Below are positions 1 through 10,594 of a stretch of 64,000 bases of DNA, in pieces (the first letter of the stretch is position 1; the number at the start of each line of letters is the position of its first letter). A program made the position numbers and the translations under genes. Under the pieces are notes generated by a model, which was given only the letters and a program-made list of their open reading frames with translations, did no database searches and was not told the DNA's origin. Source of the DNA: Candidatus Latescibacterota bacterium (GTDB lineage Bacteria > Latescibacterota > UBA2968 > GCA-2709665); NCBI GenBank assembly GCA_965116875.1, contig OZ220733.1:2496001-2560000 (forward strand), given 5' to 3'.

Positions 1-56
1 GTCGGTACCATCGAGCCAGCGGGCGAGCACTATCGCACGCCTATATAGTAATACCC

Positions 57-95
57 GTTACAATCTGTTACAAAGCAGAAAATATCCATTTACAC
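57..95 (+). promoter_or_regulatory. Putative OmpR-family regulator binding site (GTTACA direct repeats, 10-bp period) upstream of the response regulator
   Basis: GTTACAatctGTTACAaaGCAGAAA at 57-81; a near-identical motif lies at 2323-2361 upstream of the TonB receptor. Confidence 0.6.
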
Positions 96-131
96 TGCAA
101 GGTTTTCTTCTCCTTACAGAAGAAAGGACTC

Positions 132-827
132 ATGGTAATGGATTCAATTCTGATCATCGATGATGACCAGGAACTCACCGACCTCTTAAAGACCTACCTG
201 GGAGACTTCGGCTACCGGACAACCGCTGTACACAGCCCGTCTAAGGGTCTCGAGCTCCTCGGAACAAGAGACTTCGACTTGGTCATTCTTGATGTCATGT
301 TACCAGAATTGGATGGATTCAAGGTGTGCAAGACCATCCGAGAAACGAATACGCTGCCCATTATTATGCTCACGGCCCGTGGGGACATCACAGATCGTGT
401 CGTCGGACTCGAACTCGGAGCAGACGACTACCTGCCCAAGCCATTTGAAGCAAGAGAGCTGGTCGCGAGAATACAAGCAGTCCTCAGACGAGGGCACAAG
501 CCGGCCAGGAGAGACCTTCTCCACGTCGGCAGTCTCAAAATCAGCCTGGAGAAATACGCCGCCACACTCGATGGCGTCGCCTTGAATCTCACAACAACAG
601 AATTCGAAATGCTGGCTCTGCTCGTCCAAAGCCAGGGAAGAGTCCTCAGTCGAGACTATATCATGCAGAGTATTCGAGGAGTAGACTGGGAGGCCTTCGA
701 CCGCTCAGTTGATGTCCTCATATCCAGAATACGCAACAAGCTAAAAGACGACCCGAAAAACCCTCGCTACATACGAACGATTCGCGGTGCAGGATACATG
801 TTCCTCGGTGCCACGGAGGCAGTATGA
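132..827 (+). CDS. OmpR-family DNA-binding response regulator (CpxR-like)
   Basis: Receiver motifs IIDDD, LDVMLP and LGADDYLPKPF; C-terminal wHTH with DRSVDVLISRIRNKL and IRTIRGAGY. Confidence 0.95.
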   Translation: MVMDSILIIDDDQELTDLLKTYLGDFGYRTTAVHSPSKGLELLGTRDFDLVILDVMLPELDGFKVCKTIRETNTLPIIMLTARGDITDRVVGLELGADDYLPKPFEARELVARIQAVLRRGHKPARRDLLHVGSLKISLEKYAATLDGVALNLTTTEFEMLALLVQSQGRVLSRDYIMQSIRGVDWEAFDRSVDVLISRIRNKLKDDPKNPRYIRTIRGAGYMFLGATEAV

Positions 828-2128
828 GACTCTTCAATATCAAGCGGTCGCTCTTTCTGAGGATCTTCCTACTGTTCTTCCTCGCCGTTGCAATCACGAC
901 AACCCTCCTCCTCTGGCTTGAAGACCGTGAACTGCAAAGCAGCATTCTACCGGCCCTATCAGGCCTCATGGTGAGGCACGCACAAGGCATTGTAGCCGAC
1001 CTTGGACCACAACCCGATCCGCATCGACTACAACAAACAGCGGACAGCCTGCAAGTACACATCAGGTATGAAAGCAACGGCGTCATTTGGCAGAGTGAAC
1101 CCGACATGCAGGTGAAGAAGAGAGAGGCCATGATCCCCTATGAGGAGGATGATCGAGTCAGGATCATGATCAGCGAGGAAAGCGAAAGCGAAGGCATATT
1201 CGTAGATCTGCAATCAGACCATGGCCACTATCAGTTCAATCTCCTCAAAGCCGGCCATCTACCTCAAGATGAACTCTATGATTTCATCTCACTTGGACTC
1301 GTCATATTCTCCTTCTTCGCCATCTACCTCCTACTTCGCAACCAACTCAAACCCATAAAAGCACTACATGAGGGCGTAAGAGCAATTGGGGAAGGCAACC
1401 TCGACTTTGAGATCAAGACCAATAGCGTCGACGAGCTTGGCCAGCTCGCACTCTCGTTCAATCACATGACCCAGCAAATCCGTGAGTCACTCCAGGCACG
1501 CGACCAGTTGCTGCTCGACGTGAGTCACGAGTTACGCTCACCGCTAACGCGCATGCTGGTCGCTCTTGAGTTTCTCAAGCACGACAAGACCAAGCAAACC
1601 CTCCACAGGAACATCAAGCATATGGAAGCAATGGTGACAGAAATCCTCGAAACTGAGCGCCTGAACAGCTCCTACGGAGGACTCCGGCCCGAACCGATCA
1701 ATATCCTCGATCTCCTGATGGAAACGTGCAAGAATTACCAGGACCAGAAACCTGGTGTTATCCTCCAATTCCCACCTGAAGACCTCATAGTGAGCGTCGA
1801 CCCCACAAAAGTAACAACGGTTCTCAACAATCTCCTCTCGAATGCCGCCAGACACTCCAACGCGAAAGATCCCATCGAAGTCACCTGTGCCCGAGAGCAA
1901 GGGAAGATCCTTGTCAAGGTGCAAGACTACGGATCAGGCATCCCGAAAGACGATCTCCCCCACATTTTCGAACCCTTCTACCGCGTGGATAAATCTCGCT
2001 CCAAACATACAGGCGGCTATGGCCTGGGCATGAGTGTATGCAAGAAGATCATGGAGGCACACGGAGGACAGATCGATATTACGAGCCAACCGAACAAAGG
2101 AACATGCGTCCTCCTTACGTTTCCCTGA
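824..2128 (+). CDS. Sensor histidine kinase (HAMP-HisKA-HATPase)
   Basis: Two TM segments, HAMP DELGQLALSFNHM, H-box SHELRSPL, NLLSNA, DYGSG, GYGLG; ATGA overlap with the regulator. Confidence 0.95.
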   Translation: MRLFNIKRSLFLRIFLLFFLAVAITTTLLLWLEDRELQSSILPALSGLMVRHAQGIVADLGPQPDPHRLQQTADSLQVHIRYESNGVIWQSEPDMQVKKREAMIPYEEDDRVRIMISEESESEGIFVDLQSDHGHYQFNLLKAGHLPQDELYDFISLGLVIFSFFAIYLLLRNQLKPIKALHEGVRAIGEGNLDFEIKTNSVDELGQLALSFNHMTQQIRESLQARDQLLLDVSHELRSPLTRMLVALEFLKHDKTKQTLHRNIKHMEAMVTEILETERLNSSYGGLRPEPINILDLLMETCKNYQDQKPGVILQFPPEDLIVSVDPTKVTTVLNNLLSNAARHSNAKDPIEVTCAREQGKILVKVQDYGSGIPKDDLPHIFEPFYRVDKSRSKHTGGYGLGMSVCKKIMEAHGGQIDITSQPNKGTCVLLTFP

Positions 2129-2322
2129 ATCCGTGACCACCCCTCTTTGTCGGTTGTCCGAATTGTGGACTGACTGGCAATAGAGGTAATGAGGGCGCAT
2201 CCACGCAGCCCCCAATAGCTTCTCATAACAACATCCCCCTACCATCCTTGCTTGAGGCAAGACAGAATCTGCCCGGGCACGAAATAATCGTGCGTCCGCA
2301 ACGCTCCCACCGTTCACATCTT

Positions 2323-2361
2323 GTTACAATTCGTTACCCGGCAGAAATCCTCGGTTAACAG
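2323..2361 (+). promoter_or_regulatory. Second copy of the GTTAC direct-repeat box upstream of the TonB receptor
   Basis: GTTACAattcGTTACCcgGCAGAAA...TTAACA, matching 57-95. Confidence 0.55.
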
Positions 2362-2681
2362 CCGTATCGTAATATTTGGTTGTGACGCTCGTCAGATGAC
2401 CACTGCACGGTGCAATACACAATCCTTGTGATGGTCACCGAGAAGCCTTGTCGCACATACCCGTAGCTATTAACCTCAATCCGAAAAAACAGCAACGCGG
2501 CGACGCGATAAAACCCTCCGAAACAGGTCGTTATCGACGTAAAGAAGGACGTTTTTTCCCTTCACGTCCAGTGACCTGGTGTATCCTGGTAATCAGCAGT
2601 TGAATCGCCTTTATTTACAATCACATATTCAAATTAACGTCCCCGAAGACTTACGAATCAAGGTTAACCAGGAAAGAAGAT

Positions 2682-5045
2682 ATGCACAAATCCCTCCTGA
2701 CAGCTTGTCTGCTGCTCACGACGATTACAAACAGCGCAGCCCAGGAGAAATTCACCGTTAGCGGCCAAATCAAGAATGCAGCCGACGGCGAAGCCCTACC
2801 AGGCGTAAACGTCGTTGTCACGACCCTGCAGGTGGGTACAACCACGAATGCCTACGGGCATTACTCGCTACGACTGCCAGCAGGAGTTCATGAAATCAGC
2901 TTTAGCTTCATCGGCTTCGAATCAATCGTGCGCATGACAGATCCGCATCAGGATCAAGTGCTCAACATCGAAATGCGGGCAGCCGTCATCGAACTGGGGC
3001 AGATCGCAGTCAGCGCACACCAAGCCGATGAGAATGTGGAATCGATCGAAATGAGCGCACCCGAGTTGGACATACAGACAGTACAGCGCACGCCGGCTAT
3101 ATTGGGCGAAGCAGACGTGGTACAAACAATACAACTGTTGCCGGGAGTGACGACCGTACGCGAAGGGGCTGCGGGCTTCAACGTACGCGGTGGCGCAGCA
3201 GATCAGAATCTCGTCCTTCTCGACGAAGCCATCGTCTATAACGCCGCTCATCTCTTCGGCTTCTTCTCAGTTTTCAATGCCGACATCACCAAAGATATCA
3301 AGATCTACAAAGGCGGTATCCCGGCGCAATATGGCGGACGCCTGTCTTCAGTGCTGGACGTGCGACAAAAAGAGGGCAATACCAAAGAGTTCCGCGGCAA
3401 AGTGGGAATCGGCATCCTCTCGGGGCGGCTGCTCCTTGAAGGACCGGTCGCCAACGGTCGCGGATCCTACGTGATCGCCGCTCGCCGTTCATACGGCGAC
3501 ATCTTCTACAACGCGTTCAGCAGTGACAAGAGCACCGCCCACTTCTACGACATCAACTTCAAAGGCAACTACAATATCAACGACAACAACCGGCTCTTTG
3601 TCTCGGGCTACCGTGGCAGAGACGCGTTCAAAGTAGCCGACATCTTCGGCAACGCGTGGGGGAATACCACAACCACCATCCGCTGGAACCTGTTCAGCCG
3701 GCGACTCTTCGCGAATTTCACGGGAGTGTTCAGCAGGTATAGCTACGATAGTGATACATTCACGGCAGGCGCAGAACACAATTGGTTATCACACATAACC
3801 AACTACATGCTCAAAGCGGATTTCTCATACTCACTGAGCGAAGGAAATGCGGTCAACTTCGGCGCGAGTACCATCCATTACAGCTTTACCCCCGGCACCA
3901 TCAAACCCATTGGGAAAGCGTCTTCTGTTGTGCCGACGGAACTGGATCAACAGAACGCCATAGAACCAGGCGCGTACGTCAGCCTGGACCATCAACTCAC
4001 CGGCTTTATATCCCTCCAATATGGGTTGCGTCTCTCAGCGTTAAGACGTCAGGGCGCCCAGAACCTTCCCGCCTATCGTGATAATGAACCCATCGTCTAC
4101 AACGAGGCCCTGGGCCGGTACGAAGCCGGCGTGGTCGAAAGCGTCATTTCGTTTGGTGAGAGGGAAAACATACAGAGCTTTGCTGGTCTGGAGCCCCGAG
4201 CGTCGGCACGATTGTCCTTGACAGAGTCCAGCTCGATCAAGGTGAGCTACAATCGCATCCGGCAGTACATCCACCTCATCTCCAATACTGCCGCGTCCCA
4301 GCCATTGGACATCTGGAGGCCCAGTGGACCTTTTGTTGAGCCGCAAACAGCGGACCAGATCGCCGCCGGCTACTTCCGAAATCTCCAGGACAACACGTAT
4401 GAAGCCTCGATCGAAGCCTACTATAAAAGAATGAACAACCAGATCGACTACGTCGACGGAGCCGACCTGACCGCCAACAACAACCTGGAAACTGAGCTAC
4501 TGAAGGGCGAGGGCCGTTCCTACGGCGTTGAGCTGATGGTGCGCAAGCGCACCGGACAATTAACCGGTTGGTTGGGGTACACGTGGTCGCGCACCGAGCG
4601 GCAAGTCCCTGGAATAGGTAACGGCGATCCGGGCATCAACAACGGGAGGTACTACCCAGCCAGCAACGACAAGACACACGACCTGACCCTGACAACGGTA
4701 TACGCGCTCAACCCCCGCTGGTCGCTATCGACGAATCTCGTCCTTGCCACAGGTACGCCCTCCACCCTCCCGGCGAGCCGCTACGAATTCGCCGGTTTTA
4801 TTGTTCCTCAGTACGAGACTCGCCATGGGGCTCGCCTGCCAGCCTATCACCGCCTGGATGTGGGACTGACCTACACGACAGCCAATGAAAACAGTTGGGC
4901 CTTTACCATCTACAACGTGTACAACCGACGCAACTCCGCCTCAGTATACGTGCGGCAAAACCAGAAGGACAAGCTTGTCACCGAAGCCGTACAAACATCC
5001 CTTTTCGGAATCCTGCCCAGCATAACCTACAACCGGAAATTCTAA
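2682..5045 (+). CDS. TonB-dependent receptor with N-terminal carboxypeptidase-regulatory-like domain
   Basis: Signal peptide, GEALPGVNV...GTTTNAYGHY, plug NVRGGAADQNLVLLD / GGIPAQYGGRLSSVLD, C-terminal F. Confidence 0.92.
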   Translation: MHKSLLTACLLLTTITNSAAQEKFTVSGQIKNAADGEALPGVNVVVTTLQVGTTTNAYGHYSLRLPAGVHEISFSFIGFESIVRMTDPHQDQVLNIEMRAAVIELGQIAVSAHQADENVESIEMSAPELDIQTVQRTPAILGEADVVQTIQLLPGVTTVREGAAGFNVRGGAADQNLVLLDEAIVYNAAHLFGFFSVFNADITKDIKIYKGGIPAQYGGRLSSVLDVRQKEGNTKEFRGKVGIGILSGRLLLEGPVANGRGSYVIAARRSYGDIFYNAFSSDKSTAHFYDINFKGNYNINDNNRLFVSGYRGRDAFKVADIFGNAWGNTTTTIRWNLFSRRLFANFTGVFSRYSYDSDTFTAGAEHNWLSHITNYMLKADFSYSLSEGNAVNFGASTIHYSFTPGTIKPIGKASSVVPTELDQQNAIEPGAYVSLDHQLTGFISLQYGLRLSALRRQGAQNLPAYRDNEPIVYNEALGRYEAGVVESVISFGERENIQSFAGLEPRASARLSLTESSSIKVSYNRIRQYIHLISNTAASQPLDIWRPSGPFVEPQTADQIAAGYFRNLQDNTYEASIEAYYKRMNNQIDYVDGADLTANNNLETELLKGEGRSYGVELMVRKRTGQLTGWLGYTWSRTERQVPGIGNGDPGINNGRYYPASNDKTHDLTLTTVYALNPRWSLSTNLVLATGTPSTLPASRYEFAGFIVPQYETRHGARLPAYHRLDVGLTYTTANENSWAFTIYNVYNRRNSASVYVRQNQKDKLVTEAVQTSLFGILPSITYNRKF

Positions 5046-5047
5046 AT

Positions 5048-5914
5048 ATGAAAAACGTAATTATGGCCGTCTGGCTGTCAGTCCCCGTGCTCATGGGATG
5101 TGAAAGAGTCGTCAATATCGATGTAGAAGAAGGACCGGAACGACTCGTAGTTGAAGGTCGCATTGAGCGCCACCAGGATGATCGCGAATTCGTGCAGTCA
5201 ATCAGATTGTCGACCACAGCCCCCTATTTCAGCAATGAACCCACACCGGTGGTCAGCGGAGCAGAGGTGATCATACACGACGATGAGGGCGCCACCTACC
5301 TCTTTGCTGAGTCCCGGCGCCAGGCCGGCATATACGAAAACAGGGACATGCGGCCAGAAGTTGGCAGAACCTATACCCTTGAAATCGACATTAACGGCGA
5401 ATCATATCGAGCAGTCGAAACACTGCATTCAGTCGCGCCCATCGACTCGATCTACCAGCAGTTTGAGAAGGCCAATTCGTTCGAGGACGGAGGCATTCGA
5501 GTAAAGATCAACTATCAAGACGTCCCGGGTCGCGAAGATTACTACTTGTGGGAGCAATTCGCGGACGGCGTACTACAGGCAGAGCCCGATCCTGGTAATT
5601 CGCTCAACTTTGTCGGATCGGATGAGTTTTTCGACGGAGAGTACGTCATCGGTTTCGAACCCAATCAGGAAGCCACGGTAAAACCGGATCAGTTGGTACT
5701 CGTGAGACAGCTCTCCTTATCGAAAGAGGCCTTTAAATATCACTTCCTGCTCTTTGAGGAAACAGGGCAAGATCCCCTCTTCACTACGCCTGCGTCGTTG
5801 ATCAGGGGCAATGTAGAGAATCTGACCAATCCCCAGCGATATGCATTGGGATATTTCGGAGCCAGTGAAGTGGACACTGCCGAACTGCAAATCGTGGAAG
5901 AGAGAGGGCGCTGA
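5048..5914 (+). CDS. DUF4249-type lipoprotein partner of the TonB receptor
   Basis: Start re-set to ATG 5048 (MKNVIMAVWLSVPVLMGC lipobox); RLVVEGRI and GNVENL..ALGYFGAS motifs. Confidence 0.82.
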   Translation: MKNVIMAVWLSVPVLMGCERVVNIDVEEGPERLVVEGRIERHQDDREFVQSIRLSTTAPYFSNEPTPVVSGAEVIIHDDEGATYLFAESRRQAGIYENRDMRPEVGRTYTLEIDINGESYRAVETLHSVAPIDSIYQQFEKANSFEDGGIRVKINYQDVPGREDYYLWEQFADGVLQAEPDPGNSLNFVGSDEFFDGEYVIGFEPNQEATVKPDQLVLVRQLSLSKEAFKYHFLLFEETGQDPLFTTPASLIRGNVENLTNPQRYALGYFGASEVDTAELQIVEERGR

Positions 5915-6149
5915 CCAGGACAGATATGGTATCTCATTACGACCAACTCTGTCAAAAGTTCGGAACCTCAATAACTGATTGGTTGGTGAAAGCCGGGCGA
6001 TATGGCAACTTTGCCCGGAGGTTGAGGTGGTTTATCCACAAAAATTGCATCGACGATTGCAGGCCGGAAGGCTGTGAGCGATACTATCCAGAGCAGGATA
6101 TTGATCTACTGTCATCCCCAAATAGCAAGCCCACCTTCGCTGCGTTTAT

Positions 6150-7886
6150 TCACCAGCCGATCGCATATGACGTTGAGCGAGGGTCCGCACCACCCATCCG
6201 CGTGCCGGCCCTGGGATCAATTGTAATCGCGCACACCCGGCTGACTCCGGCGCTCCATTCGTCATTATCGTCGACGATGTGCCCCCGGCCTCGCAGATCC
6301 TCACGCACGTGCGGGGCGATGCGGGCTTCCACCGTCACCTCGCCGGGCAACGATCCGTGGGGCCAGAAAGAATTCGGAAAGCTGTGGCTGATGACGCGCG
6401 GGGCGTCGATCGCTTCCTGCGGTTCCATTCCGAACTCGATGATATTGAGAAACACCTGCAGCATCCCCTGGACCTGCGCATCGCCGCCGGGACATCCGAA
6501 GGGCATGAACGGCTTTCCATCCTTAAGGACCAGCGCGGGATTCGGGGTGAGGCGCGGACGCTTCCACGGTTGCAGACAGGAGGGATGGGCCGGATCGAGC
6601 CAGGTCTGCGTGCCCCGACCCGATATTGGAAAACCCAGACCCGGCACGATCGGGGTCCAGCCGACCACGTCGGACGGGGTCGATGAGAAGGCGTTGCCCT
6701 GTTCGTCCACCACGCAGAGGTAGCTGGTGTCGCTTTCCCAGTGCGACAGTCGTTCCGGCTGCGGGCGGTCCGGATCCATGGCCGGGAAGGGACAGTTATG
6801 ACCGCGCGATTCCGGATGGAATGGCCACGGATTGCCGGGGGGCGGCATGTCGGCAGCGGCGCGATCCGGATCAATCGCGTTTCGTCTTCCAGCGGCATAG
6901 CGCTCGTCGAGCAGTCCGGCCAGGGGCACCTGCACAAAGTCAGGGTCGCCGAAGTACGCCTCCCTGTCGGCAAACACCAGTTTCATCCCCTCGATAATCG
7001 CATGGAGAGAGTCCGCGGATTCGTGCCCCATCCTCCGCAGGTCAACCCCTTCGAGGATCTTCAGGGCCATGTTCAACGTCGGCCCCTGGCACCAGGGGCC
7101 GCAGGTATAAACGTCGTAGCCCTTGTAGGTGACGTGCGACGGCGGTTCCACCCGGACCGAGAATGAGGCGAGGTCCTCGTACGTGAGCAGTCCCTCCTCC
7201 CGCGCGTAGAAGCCGGCAATTTCCCGCGCGATTTCTCCCTTGTAAATCAGATCGCGTGCGGCCCTGATTCCGGATTCCCGGTCTCCTGCTGCCCCTCGTT
7301 CGGCATCGATCATCCGCCGGAAGGTGTTCGCCAGGTCCTTCTGAAAGAATATCTCGCCGATCTGTGGAATATGTCCGCAGGGATTGAAGACCGCAGCCGT
7401 AGACGGCGCATCCCCCAGCGCCCCGCTGGCGAAGGCGTGGAACTGATCGTCGACAGGGTGACCGTTTTCGGCAAGGTCCAGCGCCGGCTGGATGACCTGC
7501 TCGAAGGTCATGGTGCCGAACCGCGCCAGCGCCGTCAGCCACGCATCCGGGGATGCGGGCATAATCGTCCGCAGGATGCCGGGGGGCAGGTCGCCGCTGT
7601 GGCGTTTCTTGAAGTAGTCCAGGCTTGCCGCCCGGGGCCAGCGTCCGAGTCCGCTGACGGTTTCAACGGGCGCGCCCGTACCGGGGCAATAGATGATCGG
7701 CGCGACGCCGCCGAAATGGGTGGATCCAGGCTGCAGCACGTTGATGCAGATCCCGGTGGCGACCCCCGCATCCGCGGCATTGCCGCCGTTTTCGAGGATG
7801 CGCACCCCGCCCATGGTTGCGAGATAGTGCAGCGATGAGACGACGTACCGCTTTGCGCGGATCGAGGGACGTTGACTTCCTGACAT
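6150..7886 (-). CDS. ggt: Gamma-glutamyltransferase family protein
   Basis: GGNAADAGVA, catalytic Thr in DTSYLCVVDEQGNA, PWKRPRLTPNP, GGADPR. Confidence 0.9.
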   Translation of the reverse strand: MSGSQRPSIRAKRYVVSSLHYLATMGGVRILENGGNAADAGVATGICINVLQPGSTHFGGVAPIIYCPGTGAPVETVSGLGRWPRAASLDYFKKRHSGDLPPGILRTIMPASPDAWLTALARFGTMTFEQVIQPALDLAENGHPVDDQFHAFASGALGDAPSTAAVFNPCGHIPQIGEIFFQKDLANTFRRMIDAERGAAGDRESGIRAARDLIYKGEIAREIAGFYAREEGLLTYEDLASFSVRVEPPSHVTYKGYDVYTCGPWCQGPTLNMALKILEGVDLRRMGHESADSLHAIIEGMKLVFADREAYFGDPDFVQVPLAGLLDERYAAGRRNAIDPDRAAADMPPPGNPWPFHPESRGHNCPFPAMDPDRPQPERLSHWESDTSYLCVVDEQGNAFSSTPSDVVGWTPIVPGLGFPISGRGTQTWLDPAHPSCLQPWKRPRLTPNPALVLKDGKPFMPFGCPGGDAQVQGMLQVFLNIIEFGMEPQEAIDAPRVISHSFPNSFWPHGSLPGEVTVEARIAPHVREDLRGRGHIVDDNDEWSAGVSRVCAITIDPRAGTRMGGADPRSTSYAIGW

Positions 7887-7935
7887 TCCGGTTCTTTCTC
7901 GTCGAGATAGTTACGAATAGACAGATGGGTAGTTT

Positions 7936-8775
7936 TCAGAAACGCGCGCGGTAGTTGATTGGCTGCAAGTGTACGTGATGGCCGACGTCCCCGTGTAACT
8001 GGAATAGCCCGGGGCTCTGCCGAAACTGGAACAGACGGTAGAGATGGTAGGCGTTTGCGTTCGCCTCGGAGAACCGGACCTCGCCGGCGCTGATGTAGAA
8101 TGGTGTGAGTTTGCCGTAACGTGGCGTTTTGACCTCGATGAATCGGTCCTGCCCGTTGACTTCGTACGAATGAATATCGAATCCGGCGTGGTCGCCCACG
8201 GTTTTGGAAACCTGCTCGACGTTTTCGGCCAGCCGGTCCTTGCCTTCACACCGCAGGCGGGTGCGCTCGAACCTCATCACCAGATCTTCTCCCGCATCCC
8301 CAAGGGATCGATTGAGCGCTTCCATCTGAAGATAGTTGATCGGTGGGCCAGGTCAGCTGGAAACGACGTATTCGATCGGTCTCTCAGCTACCGAAACAGA
8401 AGCAGGCACTGGCGGATCGACGCCGATACCGAGCACGTCGTCGACGGTAAACGGGTCCTGGAGTGCCGTGACATCTGCTACGACCAGATCCTCCAGCGAC
8501 GAAAGCTGCGCACGCACCACTTCCCTCAGCAGGTTCTGGACGTTTCCAAGGGGTTTGTAACCATTGATATACGGGAACCCCAACTCGATCAGAACCGCGC
8601 TGATGTTCTGGTGTTTGCGCTCCACCGCGCCCCGCGTGCGGTCATCCAACCGATCACGGAGCGCACGGTTGTGAGCGGCTTTGTTAAAACCGTCCCCTCG
8701 AAGTTCCGAAGCCAGCATATCGAAATAGTCTCGAACGGTGGCTTCGACCTCCTGTTGGCTCCAGGCACTTGACAT
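7936..8775 (-). pseudogene. DUF3883 (NOV C-terminal PD-(D/E)XK) nuclease-like protein interrupted by one in-frame TGA at 8353-8355
   Basis: ORFs 8353..8784 and 7936..8325 share a frame; read-through gives ...VVSS*PGPPINYLQMEALNRSLGDAGE...GFDIHSY...FIEVKT. Confidence 0.75.
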
Positions 8776-8856
8776 CGGCACCAAAGTTCACTTTCGTCTT
8801 CGTGGGTCCGGGGTGTGATGCTCACTCGTAATTTTCGCCACAACACCAACGTCCAT

Positions 8857-9066
8857 TCAGAATACAACAAATCTCATCACCAGCATAGTCACCAGAATTA
8901 CAATTCCAAGACTACACAGGAGACTCCACAAGAATTGGATCCACTTTCCCCATTTCTTGTGTCGAAAAACGCTGTACCAGAACGTAATCGTCAATCCGAC
9001 CAAAGCAATAAGGCTGATCCCAAATAGCTTTAACAATTCAAAGGTATGGAACATGTATCCACGCAT
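8857..9066 (-). CDS. Small hypothetical membrane protein (2 TM), low GC
   Basis: 69-aa ORF with two hydrophobic stretches. Confidence 0.45.
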   Translation of the reverse strand: MRGYMFHTFELLKLFGISLIALVGLTITFWYSVFRHKKWGKWIQFLWSLLCSLGIVILVTMLVMRFVVF

Positions 9067-9185
9067 AGTAAAGCTCCGAGCATCCCGGAGGGCATGCCCA
9101 TGGATGCTCGCTGGAATTACTCCGTCGTCTTCGGAATCAAGGTGTTCTTAGTTGACTCGATCCGGGTAATGGTTTACACTGAAAT

Positions 9186-9800
9186 ATGACCGCTCTGTCT
9201 ATACTCATTCTTCTTTTGGAAATGAGTACTGGTGCCAGTGAACATTGGCACCTTACCACGGAGCATTCTCCATTTACCGAAATGGAGGTATTGACAGTTC
9301 GTGGGAGAGTTCACCATGCATATAGTTCCTGGTATGGATCTCCAGCGCCGGGTGATTCACTTTACTGTGTCCTTTTGATTACCCCCACTATGATCGCCAT
9401 TGAATACCCATTGGAAAGGCTTCCTCGCTGGAGTGAATCAAACACCTTTCATCAAGATATGGTGGTTTTATTTAAGGGAAAGAATAGGCGTCCTCAGTTA
9501 ATAGGTACGTTCCGACGGGCTTTTGGTGAAATACATGGTGAACGCAATCTTCTATTGATGGCACCCAAAGATCGGGCAACTTTATTGTGGGCATTATTTC
9601 AAGATAAATTTCAAACAGTCGAGGTGCATTTGCAGACCATCCCTAAACGTAAGGTAGGACAACATCCAAACGAACTTATACGAAATCTGGGTCACGAACA
9701 CTTCAGGTTTAATCTCACAGGTTCGGGGAAGGCTATTCGGCGATTATTTGAGGTCACCAAGACCGATACTGCGATCTATACAACAGTTGATTGGAGGTAG
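9186..9800 (+). CDS. Hypothetical secreted protein, low GC
   Basis: 204-aa ORF with a hydrophobic N-terminus in an AT-rich block; no recognised family. Confidence 0.6.
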   Translation: MTALSILILLLEMSTGASEHWHLTTEHSPFTEMEVLTVRGRVHHAYSSWYGSPAPGDSLYCVLLITPTMIAIEYPLERLPRWSESNTFHQDMVVLFKGKNRRPQLIGTFRRAFGEIHGERNLLLMAPKDRATLLWALFQDKFQTVEVHLQTIPKRKVGQHPNELIRNLGHEHFRFNLTGSGKAIRRLFEVTKTDTAIYTTVDWR

Positions 9801-10570
9801 ACGTGGTTATTTTCCTTTTGGGTGCATTGACCGTTTTTGCACAATCGGGTCACATTACCCATGGCCTTACTCCTGAATCGGGTATCAAAGGACGTGTGAT
9901 TGAAGACTTTCATACCGTTGGAAAATTCGAGGTATTTGAATCACCGACGTCGAAACATCCCATAATAAGATCAGACGGTGAAATCTTACATTGGTATGGG
10001 CGCCCCTTGTGCAAGCTCGGTTATTCGGGCAATTGCACCAGGTTGTTTTTTTTGAAACGAAATGTAGTTGGCGATGCTTCTCTCTGGTTGCCCTACTTTG
10101 AGGAATCGGTGGTCGGGGGACAAACATGGTATCTCATTAAATGGTTTCAACCACCCTCACGTGATACTCGCATAATTAGTCTTCAATTCGGTTGGGTTAG
10201 GGCCGCGGATTTTCCCGAGGCCCAATCCCTGCAGGAGATTATCAAGTCACACAAAGGTATGTTGTGCCTAACCAGAAAATTGGATTATCTGCGATTTTAT
10301 GATGATTTAACCATGGAACCCAGGCTTCTCGCAGCAGAGCCAAAGGTTGTGTGCAATGCCTGGGATTTGCAGGAAAAGGGTTTGTCGAACGAAATAAACG
10401 TGCAAGAGTTCGTCACGTTTCAAGGCGTCGAATTTGTAAAGTTGAAATTGGATATTTATGTTTGTGATCCTTTGAAGAACAATCCAAAATCTCTTATGGC
10501 TGAAGGTTATATCAAGTTTTGGGACGTGGATTATCGACCTAATATCTGGGTGTGTTACATGTCGGATTGA
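9791..10570 (+). CDS. Hypothetical secreted protein, low GC, several Cys
   Basis: 259-aa ORF (start may be the GTG at 9803), signal-like VIFLLGALTVFAQ. Confidence 0.6.
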   Translation: MEVDVVIFLLGALTVFAQSGHITHGLTPESGIKGRVIEDFHTVGKFEVFESPTSKHPIIRSDGEILHWYGRPLCKLGYSGNCTRLFFLKRNVVGDASLWLPYFEESVVGGQTWYLIKWFQPPSRDTRIISLQFGWVRAADFPEAQSLQEIIKSHKGMLCLTRKLDYLRFYDDLTMEPRLLAAEPKVVCNAWDLQEKGLSNEINVQEFVTFQGVEFVKLKLDIYVCDPLKNNPKSLMAEGYIKFWDVDYRPNIWVCYMSD

Positions 10571-10594
10571 TCCGTGATAATAAGTCCATCTGAG

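Noticed and set aside
5926-6723. 265-aa plus-strand ORF
   Set aside because: Mostly an antisense shadow of the ggt gene; no recognisable domain
8353-8355. In-frame TGA in the DUF3883 gene as selenocysteine
   Set aside because: Lies in a non-catalytic linker with no downstream hairpin; a nonsense mutation is more parsimonious
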